64,000 bases of DNA from Octopus vulgaris (Eukaryota), in NCBI GenBank assembly GCA_951406725.2, contig OX597814.1, positions 54,312,001-54,376,000 on the forward strand, given 5' to 3'. Below, one piece after another: positions 1-12,949 of the stretch. The position numbers and the translations under genes are program-made. Below the pieces are notes generated by a model. It had not been told where the DNA came from. It did not search any database and worked only from the letters and a program-made list of their open reading frames with translations. Positions within the stretch are counted from its first letter, which is position 1, and every line of letters starts with the position of its first letter.

Positions 1-47
1 TTAAAGAAGCAGAACAATAGACTGCACATTTCAAGTGAATCAATTGA

Positions 48-452
48 GGCTCAGGTGTAGCTGTGTGGTGAGAAGTTTGCTTTCAAAACACAAGATTCCA
101 GGTTCAATCCCACTGCATGGCACCTTGAGCAAGTATCTCCAACCATAGCCTCAGGCTGACCAATATCTTGTGAGTGGATTTTGTAGATGGGAACTGAAAG
201 CAGCCTCCTGTGTGTGTGTGTGTGCTTGTTTTGACATCACATGATAGTTGTAAAATAATTGTTACAATCATACAAGCTATGTCATTCATTTCCAATAGTC
301 TACAAGAACATGTCTGTCCATGAGGAAATATTACCTTACTTGGAGACAGGTGAGGGTTGGTAACAAGAAGGACATCTGGCTATAGTAAATCTGCCTCAAT
401 AAACTCTGTTCAAGCCATGCAAGCATAGAAAAGTGGTCATTAAAATGATGAT
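48..452 (+). mobile_element. tRNA-derived SINE, family A head, with (ATG)n-type tail
   Basis: A-box-like GTGTGGTGAG and B-box-like GGTTCAATCCC; body aligns with copies at 741, 4354, 7525 and 27918; ends TAAAATGATGAT. Confidence 0.8.
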
Positions 453-740
453 ATTTCCATTTAGTTGATTTCACTGACTATATTCCATGTTTATAAACCC
501 CATAACATCAGGTTTAATTCTAACAAGCATCACTGATTGTTTTACTTGTATGTTTTGTGAGTTTTTTTTTGTTTTTGAATTTCAAGTCAAAAAACAACTT
601 CTACAGCATGTAATTTATATTTAAATTACTCCTGAAAGCATTCTTGTTATCTGAAGATGATGCTGTAAAATTGTGCTACAATTTTATAAATAAATAACAA
701 ACAAACCAACATTTGTAATAAAGAATTAAATATATATATA

Positions 741-900
741 GGCACAGGAGTGGCTGTGTGGTAAGTAGCTTGCTAACCAACCACATGGTTCTGGGTTCAG
801 TCCCACTGCATGGCACCTTGGGCAAGTGTCTTCTGCTATAGCCTCAGGCCGACCAAAGCCTTGTGAGTGGATTTGGTAGACGGAAACTGAAAGAAGCCTG

Positions 901-934
<34 letters not shown>

Positions 935-1168
935 GCATGTGTGTGTATATGTTTGTGCGTCTGCGGTTGTCCCTCTAGCATTGCTTGACAACCGATGCTG
1001 GTGTGTTCACGTCCCCGTCACTTAGCGGTTCGGCAAAAGAGACCAATAGAATAAGTACTGGGCTTACAAAGAATAAGTCCCGGGGTCGAATTGCTCGACT
1101 AAAGGCGGTGCTCCAGCATGGCCGCTGTCAAATGACTGAAACATGTAAAAGAGTAAAGAGTAAGAGTA
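741..1168 (+). mobile_element. tRNA-derived SINE family A, near full length
   Basis: GGCACAGGAGTGGCTGTGTGGTAAG...GGTTCAGTCCC head, internal (TA)n/(TG)n tract, AAGAGT-repeat tail; many homologous copies in the window. Confidence 0.9.
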
Positions 1169-2755
1169 TATAACTTTTTTATCAACATAAAATTAATGTT
1201 CCTAAAGTTCTTTCAACTATTGTGAAATACAACTGTAAGGCTACCATTAGCTCCACTGCTTGCAGTAATTATGTCTCTAATGAAACTGTGTTTATCTTAT
1301 ACTCTTAGCTGCAGCTCATCTTCTTTGTAGATGCATTTCTAGATTTCTGGTGCACGTCCTCTTACATCAGAATTCTCTTCAGTCTGTTAGGGCATTATTA
1401 TATTGCCATCATAGAGCATAATACTTTTATGCATTTGTTAGCTACATTATTTGTACAATATTAAATTTCTGCATAATTTTATACACACACACACACATAC
1501 ACATGCAAGCAAGCATGCATACATACGTAACCTGGCTGGATTTGGAGAAAGAGGCAGGCCTGCCAAGACCAGTGAGATTGTGGCATTAATGTTCCTCTTG
1601 AACCATTGCAAATCAACAGCTGTAGGAAAGTTATAAGCAGGGAGGGGAATTCCAGAGGGCCAAAGTTCTAGAAAGAAAGGACTAAGGGTAGTGATCAGTG
1701 CAGGGTTTGATATAACAAGGGTGATAAAAAGAGAGATGACTGGGTTGCAAATGGCTGAATGGCATGAGCCCAGCTAGCTCTGAGGAGCAGAGGCAGGGAG
1801 AGCAGACAGCATAACTATGGGCCAGAAGCTTGAGTATGTATATCAGTGATTTTTTGCCAATCAGTTGAGTGAGCCTTTTCTGGATTTGAGTCAAGATATT
1901 TGCATTGTAACTGATGTGAGAGCATTATTCTACTGTGAACCTTATTTGAGCTTTATAGAGGGTCAAAAATTGTTGAGGGCTGATATATCTTCTGGCCCTG
2001 AAGAGAAAGACCAGTTGTTGGGATGTAGCCCTGAATTTGTTTAAGATATGCCTTTACCAAGAAAGATCCTTGGTGAAAGTGAGGCCCAGTATTTAATGTA
2101 ATTGTGAGGGCTCTTGATTAAGGGATGTGTGGTGTAATGTTGCTTTTTTGATATTAGTGCTTGTATTTTCTTACTATTGAAAGAGACAAGATAGGTATGT
2201 CCTTACAGGAGAGTACTTGTATGATCACTGTTCATTGAATTGGTGTTCAGTTTGGTATGTGGTGTATACATTGCCAATGAATGATGTATGGATGAGGAAG
2301 GTTAATGCAACTGAAGGGCTAGTATCATTGTTGTTGATATGATGCAAGTAAATCCTTGATGTACAGAAGGAAGAAAGTAGGTGTGCAAAACAAGCACTGA
2401 GGCAGACTTGAGTTGATACAATGAATACAAAGAGCTCTATCACTATACATGGATGAAAGCTATAAATCCAAAGGATGAAAGATAGGTAGAGCCCATAGGT
2501 GCATATTTTTAATAGGAGATTTGCAAGCCAATATCAGTCGAAAGCTTTGCTGATATTAAAGGTGACAGCACAACACTTGTTATGCCAAATTTCTCCAAGA
2601 TGGAGTCCAACATAGGAGATTAAGTCACCAGTGGATCTAGTTTTAAGTAATCTATACCGATGGTCACTGAAGAGAGAGATTCAAGGTATTGGAGGACAAC
2701 ACTGTTAATGGCTGTCTCCACTACTTTAGAGATACTAAAAGTGGATGCAATAGAG

Positions 2756-2924
2756 CAGTGCTCTGCTACTGGTATGCTGTGGCACATTGGAGTGCCACAA
2801 GATGATACAAGTGTGTCACAGTGTAACCTGAATATAATGTTTTCCCCTAAACTTTTAGTTCAGGTGTGCTGTCAAATTTTGAAACAAATACAAGTGTACC
2901 ACAAGTGAAAAAAAAAAAGGACTG
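2756..2924. mobile_element. hAT-type MITE nested in the LINE
   Basis: CAGTG...ACTG ends; 8-bp flanks CAATAGAG (2748-2755) and CAATAGAT (2925-2932); the LINE RT frame resumes on both sides. Confidence 0.75.
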
Positions 2925-3159
2925 CAATAGATCAATAATTCATAGGGTCAGAGGCATTGCCTTTCTGAGAAATAGGATACACTGTGGGGTGTTTCCCAAA
3001 ATCAGAGCACATCCCTGTAGAGAAGGAGAAACTGAAGAGCTTGGGGAGTTTATGGACTAGCTTTGGGGTGCAGTGTTTCAAGTGTAGTTGAAGGGATACT
3101 ATTAGGGCCAGTAGTCTTATTGGTGTGTGTGTGTGTATGTGTATGTATGTGTGTATGTA

Positions 3160-3845
3160 TGTCATTGTTCAGTTTTATTTCAAAATTTCTTGCCAATAGA
3201 GAAAGAACCAGTTTCTAATCTAGATCCAAGGCTCCTTCATTGGAATTTCAACATCAACAACAGGGTATTTTTGTTTGTATGTATGTATATGTGCAGATTT
3301 GTATGTTTTGCTTTATATATGTATTCTCATGCATATAGTTGCATATCTAGACATGCTCATATATATTTAAATATTAAACCTCTGGAAAGTTTTACAGATT
3401 TTTACAGATTTACAGTTCCAGTGATGGATTGGATCTGTAGTCTTCGAATTAGCTTTCTCTTTTTTGGTTTTGAGAAGCCTAATTTTTCAAGGTATTTAGG
3501 CAGTGTGTTACATATCCCAGGGCCTCAATAACTACAGGTATAAATCTGAACTTGTAATCTGGATAAAGTAACTGCAGATTCTTCAATAGTTCAGTGTAGG
3601 TATTCTCTTTTCTCACTGACCTTTAACTTTATGTTGACATCTGCTGGGCATCTACTTTCCACAACTGTACACAGTTTCTCTTTTCTATCCCAAATCATAT
3701 CAGGACTGTTGTGCTTACATTTTATTGAGGTCTTCACATTCCACCAGTACTCCTTTTTATTATGAGTGGCTATGGCTGCTTATTTCTTTGTCCTCGGGGT
3801 TATCCTTCTGGCAGATTTCATTATTGAGTGTCCTCGCTACAACAG
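3160..3845 (-). mobile_element. 3' end of an R4/Dong-like non-LTR element (restriction-like endonuclease)
   Basis: Minus-strand KHNSPDMIWDRKEKLCTVVESRCPADVNIKLKVSEKENTY...FIPVVIEALG, a PD-(D/E)xK-type REL signature; 3' UTR with AATAAA running into (CATA)n. Confidence 0.8.
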
Positions 3846-4353
3846 TATGAATGTATGTATGTATGCATGTGTATATGTATGTATGCATGCATGGACCTGA
3901 TAAAATGGAAAGGCATAGATTTAGAAGAGATTTTCTAAGTGAGTGCAGTGTGAAGTTGGCTTTAAAATAAACAGGAAAGGTTGAGACATCCTCTGTGAGA
4001 ATACTACTCACATAAACACACACTGCTGTTGCAAAGTGGCTAGAAAGGAGATTCTGCAAAGCTGGTGGAAATCATTATAATAAGGAAACTAAAACACCAC
4101 AGTTCAGAAGGCAGGGTAACTTCAGGGTTGTACAATGCATGAAGTCATCTTTCATGGGTTGGATATCGGTCTTGTAGTAGTTGTAGTACTTTGGGGATGG
4201 GGTAGGGTGACTTTCTCCAGGGATTGTAAAACTTGTTTTTTGTCTGAACAGTTTCAGTGCAACTACAAGTGAACCACTTAGGTGACATGGAATACAGAGT
4301 TTTGTTGTGTACAGTATATAGAGGGATATGCCTAAAACGATAGTTTGTCACCT

Positions 4354-4728
4354 ATACTCTTTTACTTGTTTCAGTCATTTGACTGCGGCCATGCTGGAGC
4401 ACCGCCTTTAATCGAGCAACTCAACCCTGGGACTTATTCTTTTGTAAGCCCAGTACTTATTCTATCGGCCTCTTTTGCCGAACCGCTAAGTAACGGGCAC
4501 ATAAACACACCAGCATCGGTTGTCAAGCAATGAACAAACACAGACACACAAACACACACACGCATATATATATATACGACGGGCTTCTTTCAGTTTCCTT
4601 CTACCAAATCCACTCACAATGCTTTGGTTGGCCCGAGGCTATAGTAGAAGACACTTGCCCAAGGTGCCACACAGTGGGACTGAACCCAGAACCATGTGGT
4701 TGGTAAACAAGCTACTTACCACACAGCC
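4354..4728 (-). mobile_element. SINE family A
   Basis: Reverse complement of the 741-1168 copy over nearly its whole length. Confidence 0.9.
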
Positions 4729-6049
4729 GAGTCAGGAGTGATCCACATGTGTTGTCAGGAATAGCTGGTATAAAACTATCAGAGTTCCAACTAATCAGCT
4801 AGCTCGAAGTGCACAAAGTTTAGATGTAAAGTGTGTTGTGTGGTATGTAATGTAGATATGTATTGAGTACTGACAACACAATAAATGCAGAGAGAGATTT
4901 AGTTTGGAAGTGATTAGGTTAAGAAGTGAAAAAAAGATCAATGGTGTTTGGGGTATCTTTGTGTTGATCTGAAATTCATGAGGGGATGAGTCATATTGAT
5001 ATAGAGAGTTGAGGATTGTGAAGGTTTTAACTTCTGCAACAATGATATTAGCATGGGATGAGTAAGGGAGCCACAGTGAGTTGTGTGCATTAAAGTCACT
5101 GGGAAAGATGACTTCAGAGAGGGGTGAACTGAGACATATGTCCTCAATACAGGAGGAGATGTGGTAAAAGAGATGCTACTATTGTTCATACAACCTTTGA
5201 ATATGACATGCAAAATGTTACTTAACTGTTATGTTATCCCTGGATTATACTGAGATGTAAGTGGAGAAGTTTCATCACTGTCATATTGAACAACTACACT
5301 GACCTCATCAGTCTGGGAGGGTGTGCAAAGCCTATAAATCCAGATTTTCCTCCTTGGGCTACATGCTAAGTGGAATAGTCCTAAAATGGACAACTTGTAT
5401 TTTAGTCTTCTACAAAGATGGTACAGGTGCCACGTTACATGTGAGAGTGAGTCAAAATGGTTTTGTGGCTGTGATTGTTAATATAATGTAGGAAATGAAA
5501 TTGGTGTACATATAATATTGGGAGGTTTGCATAGATGTTAGCATTAAAGCTGTGTTGAAGTAAAAGCAATAACTTCAGTTAGTTAATTACTTGTTTGTGA
5601 AGATTTTGAGATTTTCACATTGATTTCAATACCTTCATTCCTTAAGCTACTTAAAAGTCTTCCATTATATATAGTGACCTTGGGTTTAGAAACTGCCATT
5701 GTAAACCAGCTATCTATTTTGTCAAAATGATTCCTTGTTGTTGCCAATTTATAGTGATTCAATGGTAGAGATAAATATATTGGCTCTTAGAATATAATTT
5801 GATAATGTGTGCATATGTGTGTGTGTGGGTGTGTATGATTCAGTGAGAAAGAGAAAGTGAGAGAGAGAGACCTCCCCAGTTGAAGTATTGTTTAATAAAC
5901 AGAACGTTAATGAAAGTTTGAAAACTTTGCAACAAACAACAAGGTTTCATTTTTCTTCATAAGTCACACTAGAAGGATCTTTCAACTTCAAACAATAAGA
6001 GATCTGTTTCTAATCTGACCTTCTCAAAATATACAAATAATCAAAAACA

Positions 6050-7400
6050 AGTGGGTTATTTATATGGTTATATGTATGCTCTCTCCCATGGCAAGCTTCA
6101 GCAGAAGAAACAGTGCATTTATGTATTCTAAGAGCAAAAGGCAATAACTTTGATGATTTGATGATAGCTATTTAAATTTCTCTAGCATGACGATGGTTCT
6201 ACAAATATGAAATAACAATGTTGTCTTTTATTCTAAACTAAACCAGGACGATATTTTTTTCATGTTTATGTTGCTGACCTCCAAAGTAAAACGATGTTTT
6301 CATTTAAGGCTACACCATTATCATTAAGTTTCTATCAAATATATTCATATCTAATGCAGATAAAATATTGTTGATGACATGAATCATTGCTTTACAGTGA
6401 TTGATCTCATCAGCTCATATCTAAACACCCCAAAGCTTTGTTTCATACAGAAAACCACAACAAAATGGAACACTAGATGATTTTGAATTATGTGTATGCT
6501 AGTCTAACAGCCCATCCTTATGATCTACAGTACAATACTTTAATACTACTAACTCAATGTAGCTACTGTACAGCACATAATGACCAACAAGAAGAGCCTC
6601 TTCAAAGGATTGGAATGGACACCGATGGACATACAGAAAAAAAAATTCAATGACATTATGGAGAGAAAAGATTCCTGCTTGCAGGTGATTTCCAACAAAT
6701 TCTGCCTCTGATTTTTAAGGGCACACTGACAGATGAGTTTAATGCCTGCCTCAAAACTTCATCTCTTTAGAGGTATGTCAAGAAATCAACCCTGTCATTG
6801 AACACAAGAGTTATTTAATCCTTTAGCATTCAAATTACATGGTTAAATGTAATGCTTATTTATTCACATTATCATGTAGCTTCAAGATTCTGATGATATG
6901 ATTGTTTATTTTTAAAATGACACTGTGGTGATAGGTGTGAGAGGCTAGATCTGGCTGATTTGAATATAAAACAGGTAAGACTATTTCGAATGGATTTGGT
7001 TGGCCTAAATGCTAAAGTGTTAAAAAATAGAACAGTTGATAAACATGATTATCAATTGCTTCAAATTGGCAATGATCAAATCCTAGGTGACAATGATGGA
7101 GTAATATACAAAATGAGATGTAAAAGAACGGGTAGCAAAAGTATACCCAAATGTCCATCTCCACTTTAATGAACACATATATTAAAAAAAGAGCTATATT
7201 AGTTCCAATAAGTGAAACAATAAATAAGATGAATTTCAAATGTTTGGATCTTCTTGTCCATTACATATAAATCTTTGACTTCAATGATATAACCCACTGA
7301 ATCAGTAAATTACCCAACAGAATTTTTAAATGCACTGAATCCTTCTGCAATTCCACACTATCAGTTAATCTTCAGGTAGATAACTCCTCATGCTTCCTGT
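6050..7400 (+). mobile_element. Helitron RepHel remnant (Pif1-type helicase)
   Basis: FLLAGDFQQILPLIFKGTLTDEFNACLKTSSL (Pif1 motif III region), QLLQIGND, RAILVP, YPTEFLNALNPSAIPHY; frameshifted; left boundary uncertain. Confidence 0.8.
6819..7019. mobile_element. piggyBac-like MITE inside the Helitron
   Basis: TTAA at 6815-6818 and 7020-7023; termini TCCTTTAGCATT / AATGCTAAAGTG are imperfect inverted repeats. Confidence 0.75.
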
Positions 7401-7524
7401 CATTCATCATCATCATTTAAGGTCTGTATTCCATGCTGGTATGGGTTGGATGGTTTAACAGGATTCTATGGGTCCATGGACTGTATTGTGCTCCAGTGTC
7501 TACTTTAGCATGGTTCTGCTGAAC

Positions 7525-7864
7525 TACTAAGTTACAGTGACATAAACACACCAGCACTGGTTGTCAAGTGAGGGCACATATGCACAGATACATACACACA
7601 CAGACACATATGCATACAGACACATATGCACACAGACACATACACACACACACACATACATATGCACACAGACACATACACACACACACACACACACATA
7701 TACAATGGGCTTCTTTCCATTTTCGTCTACCAAATCCACTTACAAGGCTTTGGTTGGACAGAGGTTATAGTAGAAGACACTTGCCCAAGGTGCCAAACAG
7801 TGGGTGTAACCCTGGCTAAATGTGGTTAGGAAGCAGGCTTCTTACCACACAGCCACGCCTGAGC
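7525..7864 (-). mobile_element. SINE family A with expanded (CA)-rich middle
   Basis: Homology to 741-1168 in reverse orientation. Confidence 0.85.
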
Positions 7865-8597
7865 AAGGTCAGGTATTGCAGCATGTATACATACTTATAT
7901 GTGTGAGTGCATGCACATGTTTGTCAGTAATGATATTCATAAGTCAAAGTTCCACCTCTTATTGATACGTCTACTGATGTATCTAGGTACTGGTTGAATT
8001 ATAATACTGAAGTACTAAACATTATGGTTGTGCTGACCAAGCTGGGTAAGGCAGCAGTGGTGTAAACCAGTTGGCTATTAGCTCTGACTGTTCATTATCC
8101 TACTTCCACACATCTACCTGTGATCTCAATCCAAATTCAAACTATGTAAAGATTACGATCTTATATAAATCTTAGTTATCATAAGAAGCAATTAACTTGA
8201 TGTATATAAAATTTTATATTTGCATCACAGACACAATAAACTGCACCAGTCAACACTGTAAAATTGTTTGTGTTATAAAGGATATCCAGCTGTAAAAACT
8301 ATATCAAAAAATAAAAGAGGAATAGATAACAAAGGCTAGGTTATTTAGCTCTGTCAGGGACAACTTCTCTAGTGTTGGTAGTATGATAAAATTCATCCAG
8401 TCCATGCAATAAAATGCTGATAAGAATGGAATCTAGTTGTAAAAAAAAAACACACCAAAAAGTAAAGATAAATACATCAATGGTAAGCAGTTTTACTTTA
8501 ATGTTGTCTGTAACAATGTATTGGTACAGCAACAGAGTATATGTGTGTGTATCTGTCTGTCTGCCTATCTGTCTGTCTATCTATCTATCTATCTATA

Positions 8598-9570
8598 TAG
8601 TGGTACCTTGATTTACAAGTTTAATTTGTTCTGTGACAGAGCTCATAACTAAAATTACTCATAAGTCAAATCAAATTTCCCCATTGAAAGGAACTGAAAT
8701 GCCTTTAATCTATTCCGCACTCTGCCCCCAAAAAACATCGCAATTTTTTGTTGCATGTTTTTAAATAAGAAAAATGTACTTACAAATAATGAATATTGTA
8801 TAAAAAACAATACAATAGAATGCACCGCAATAAACTGATTTTATTAAGTATAATGTACAGCATTTACCTTGGAGATCACATGACTTGAGAATGCTGACAG
8901 AGGTGGAGGAGAAAGGCTGAACTGAATTACTGAATCTTATTTGCTGATTTTTACCCTTTTTGCCACACTTCCCTCACCTTCATTTGCAGGGGTTTTCAAT
9001 AAAACCTGTTCAATATAGTCTGTTTCATCCTCACTTTCAGAGTGTCTCTGAAATGAGTTAGGCAAATACCATTAAATAATACCATTGCACACCCAGCTGC
9101 AACTTTTTCTGGGTGTTTCTTTTGCATAAAGTCTGAAAGTTTCTCCCACATCTCCAACATTTTCTTTATTGCACTGGTAGAGATAGCCTCCTCCATCTCC
9201 TCCACATCACCTAGTTCCCGCAAAACCTTCATGTGTGTCTGTAGCTCCTACACCTGTAGCTCTTCTGTTGTCAGTTTCTCGGAGTGCTCCTCAATGAGCT
9301 TATTGATATCACCTTCATCCACGTCCAGGCCCATGGATGTGCTGAGGGATACAATCTCCTCCACCACTACCGCTTCGGGTTCCAGTCTTTCAAAGTCCAT
9401 TTCAGACACAACCACAGGCCACAGCGTCTTCCATACATGGGTCAAGGTCCTCTTTGTAACACCCTACCAGGCCATATTGATAATTTTGAAGCATATCACG
9501 ATGTTATAGTGGTCCATCCAGAACTGTCGAAGGATGTTTCAAAACCAGATAGTGATTCAAACAATCTCTA
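8598..9570 (-). mobile_element. Tigger/pogo DNA transposon remnant (C-terminal transposase and one TIR)
   Basis: ORFs 9248-9445 (VWKTLWP...EEIVSLSTSMGLDVDEGDINKLIEEHSEKLTTEELQ) and 8996-9232 resemble the TIGD1-type C-terminus; TIR-like TAGTGGTACCTTGATTTACAAG at 8598. Confidence 0.85.
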
Positions 9571-10427
9571 AATTCTAGCCTCTCGTTTGATTGTGATAAA
9601 AAATTATGAATTTTAGAAGAGTCCTTGCTTATAAATCAGGATTTTAAGATTTTAATTTTTAAATTCTATTTATTCTTAGGTCTATTAATTTTTATTCTGT
9701 ACATACTCTATATAAGTGTTCCATTTTCTTTTTAGTTTCTTGTAATAATAATAGATTACCAGAAAGGGAAACCTCTCCGATGAATATATATTATTTTGTG
9801 CTGATTAAGGGGTCACAGCCGATTTGGTGACCTAATATGAAATGAATTGTGGCAGTGGATCTTGAAATGTCCGTAGACATGGATTTATTCTTGCATTATT
9901 CTGGATTCCTTTTTCTTTTGAATCTCACGATGGATGCTTTCTGGATTCACTTTACATTTGATACTCTAAATATATTATTTTTAATCGCATCGATATATAT
10001 ATATATTTACACACATATAAATATATACACATATATAAATATATATACACACACACACATATATATATATACATATATAAATTTATACTCATGGAGTGGT
10101 TGGCATTAGGAAGGGCATCCAGCCGTAGAAACATTGCCAGATCAGACTGGGCCTGGTGCAGCCTTCTGGCTTCCCAGACCCCAGTTGAACCGTCCAACCC
10201 ATGCCAGCATGGAAAGCGGACGCTAAATGATGATGATGATACATATATATATTTATATATACAAATACATAAATTTATATATACATATACATAAATTTAT
10301 GTATACATATATAAATTTATATATATATAGGTGTAGGAGTGGTTGTGTGGTAAGTAGCTTGCTTATAAACTACATAGTTCTGGGTTCAGTCCTGCTGCGT
10401 GGCACCTTGGGCAAGTGTCTTCTGGCA

Positions 10428-11060
10428 TGAGGGCCAGTCAGGCGGTACTGGCAATGGCTACACTCAAATGATGTTTTTTACGTGCCACCTGCACAGGAGC
10501 CAGTCCAGCAGCACTGGCAATGACCTCACTCAAATGTTTTTTCACGTGTCACTGGCACAGAAGCCAGTCAGCTGCTCTGGCAACGATCATGCTCGGATGG
10601 TGCTCCTAGTGCTCCACTGGCATGGTTGCCAGTCATCGAATTTGATTTGATTTCGATTTCACTTGCCTCAACAGGTCTTTGCAAACAGAGTTTAGTGTCC
10701 AGTGAAGGAAAGGTACACATAAGTGGGCTGGTTACACCCCTGGCATAGGCCACGAGGTTATGGTCTCATTTGGTTTGCTGGGCCTTCTCATGCATTGCAT
10801 ATTTCCAAAGGTCTCGGTCACTAGTCATTGCCTCGGTGTGGCCTAATATTCGAAGGTTGTACTTCACCACTTCATCCCAGGTCATCCTGGGTCTACCTCT
10901 TCCACAGGTTCCCTCAACCACTAGGGTGTGGCACTTTTTCACACAGCTATCCTCATCCATTCTCACCACATGACCATACCAGTGCAGTGGTTCCTCTTGC
11001 ACACCAAATTTGATGCTTCTTAGGTCCAACGTTTCTCTCAAGGTACTTACACTCTGTCTT
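10428..11060 (-). mobile_element. RTE-clade LINE 3' fragment
   Basis: ORF 10766-11041 LHWYGHVVRMDEDSCVKK...GRGRPRMTWDEVVK...DRDLWK is the typical RTE ORF C-terminus; interrupts a family A SINE head at 10330-10422. Confidence 0.9.
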
Positions 11061-11859
11061 TGGCATTAAATCTATTAAAGCTTTTTGAAAATCAACTTGC
11101 CAGCATTCTCCTTCATCATATAGACAGTAATCACATTCGGTTAAAATGGCTTATTCATGTCTTTTGTTTCTCTTTTTTCCTTGACAAGATGATTGCATTG
11201 TTTTACATCATTTTATTCCCTCCAGAATAATATCAATGTTTTCTTCGAAACATATGCATTTGACTTCATTTTTTAATTTTTATATATATATACACACAGA
11301 CACACATATAGATAAATGTGTGTGTGTGTGTGTGTGTGTGACGTGGAGACTATACCACCAGCACTGCCCAAATGACCTCAACATTAGCTTCAACATTAGC
11401 TTCCTTGAACCAAGGAAAAGGTTCCCATCACCTTTAAATGGAATCTGGACAAATTTCTTAAAGGAATACCAGATAAGCCACCTGGATACAACTCACTCAA
11501 CAAGTACTCTGTCTTCGAATGGACCATGACACCACAAAACTTGGCTTTAAAAGGATTATCCTATCAGGTGGTGCTATTAAATCAGACATGGCCTGGACCA
11601 ATCTTCGGTCGAAATATATCTAAGTGTGTATGTATATATATACATATATATATATGTATATATATATATGTATATATATACATATATATATATGTATATA
11701 TATATACTATATGTACATATGTGTAAGCCACCTAAGAGTCCATATGTCAGGGAAAAAATGCACTCGTATATCTGTCAGTAAAGTGGGTATATTAAAATGT
11801 ACAGTATTGCATATCCACTATTACCAGTCGGTTTCCCTAGGTGACAGTCCGAGTGTTAG

Positions 11860-12027
11860 GTAATAGTCAGATGAATGAATTAGAGCAAAGTGAAATAAAG
11901 TGTCTTGCTGAAGAACACAACAAGTATCCTGATCTGGGAATCAAACTCACAACCTCATGATCTGGGAATCAAACTCACAACCTCATGATCATAAGCTCGA
12001 CATTCTAACCACTGAGCTATGTGCCTT
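11860..12027 (-). mobile_element. SINE family B head with internal 28-bp tandem duplication
   Basis: Reverse complement of the GGCGC...GCTCAGTGGTTAG head; TGATCTGGGAATCAAACTCACAACCTCA occurs twice. Confidence 0.75.
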
Positions 12028-12431
12028 CTGCACACACATATACACTATATTACATATGAATTAGATATACCTATTTGTGTATGAACGTGTGTATGTGTAT
12101 ACATCCATACACACACAGAGGAAAGTTTGCCTGGTTCTTTTCATTATTTGTGGGAAGTGAACAGAGGCTGAAATCCTAACAAGTTAAGGACTAGTAATCC
12201 ACACTAAATATACACCCAATATTCCTACTTGGCTGACCGGTATAACCAATTGCCAGGTTTAACACGACCACCTGGCACTTCTCTCCTAAGTAACACACAC
12301 ACAAGCGAATAGGCAAACAGATAGATTGATTGTAGATGAGAAGACTCTGCCATTTTCTTGGAAACATTCAAGGTGCTAATTTCCTTGGAAAATGCATGAA
12401 TGTCAAGTTTTTCCATTACGTTTCTCTAGAG

Positions 12432-12634
12432 CAGTGGTTTATGGGCAATGAATTGGTTTTACTTCTACGATACACAAAATATGTTAAGCATTTTTTAAGG
12501 CAACTTTTAATAATATTTAATTATAAAATATGCAATAGGATGTTTTAAAAATCATATGGCTATAAGGAGCCACCAAAATAAAATAGGAATCAAAAGGATC
12601 CACAGGTAAAAAAAAAAATTGTTGAAAATCACTG
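12432..12634. mobile_element. hAT (Charlie-type) MITE
   Basis: CAGTGGTTT...AAAATCACTG termini; perfect 8-bp TSD CTCTAGAG at 12424-12431 and 12635-12642. Confidence 0.9.
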
Positions 12635-12949
12635 CTCTAGAGCTTTCATTCCCAAACTTTGTTTTGGTGCAGAACCCTTTTAGGATTTCCCATAAATCAG
12701 AGCCTATGACTATATTTTACAGACAAAAGTTGCCACACTAATTTTAATAAGACAAAAATTGGTATAGAGTGAAAATTTACAGATATACAGGGAAACGTAA
12801 ATATCACTTTCAAAAGAAAATTACGAATACCAGGGTTTTTTTTTTATGAAATACATTTCTATTACGTTTTATTGAAAAGATATCTTGCAGAATACTTTCT
12901 TTTTCTTTGTGGGAACTCTATTGCGGAAAAACTGTCCTAGAAGCAAGCA

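Larger units (their letters stand above)
1530..5350 (-). mobile_element. Decayed APE-RT LINE (CR1/L2/Jockey-like ORF2), interrupted by younger inserts
   Basis: Minus-strand pieces VYPISQKGNASDPMNY...SKVVETAIN (RT start), ISKAFD, and LTLYKAQIRFTVE / TQIQKRLTQLIG (RT C-terminal region); many stops; left part better supported than the 4.7-5.35 kb part. Confidence 0.7.

Noticed and set aside
1366-1383. Possible 18-nt phase-0 microexon (CAG|ACTGAAGAGAATTCTGAT|GTAAGA, TEENSD) on the minus strand
   Set aside because: Phase-compatible, but it has no polypyrimidine tract and is too short to tell from chance without RNA data
8341-8440. Minus-strand poly-T/TAG acceptor followed by a short open frame
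   Set aside because: No donor and no recognisable protein; two frames end in stops within ~45 codons
12229-12285. Minus-strand AG/GT-bounded 57-nt segment (REVPGGRVKPGNWLYRSAK)
   Set aside because: Joined in phase 0 to the candidate first exon it hits TAA; it contains a GCCAGG/CCTGGC hairpin more typical of a TE end
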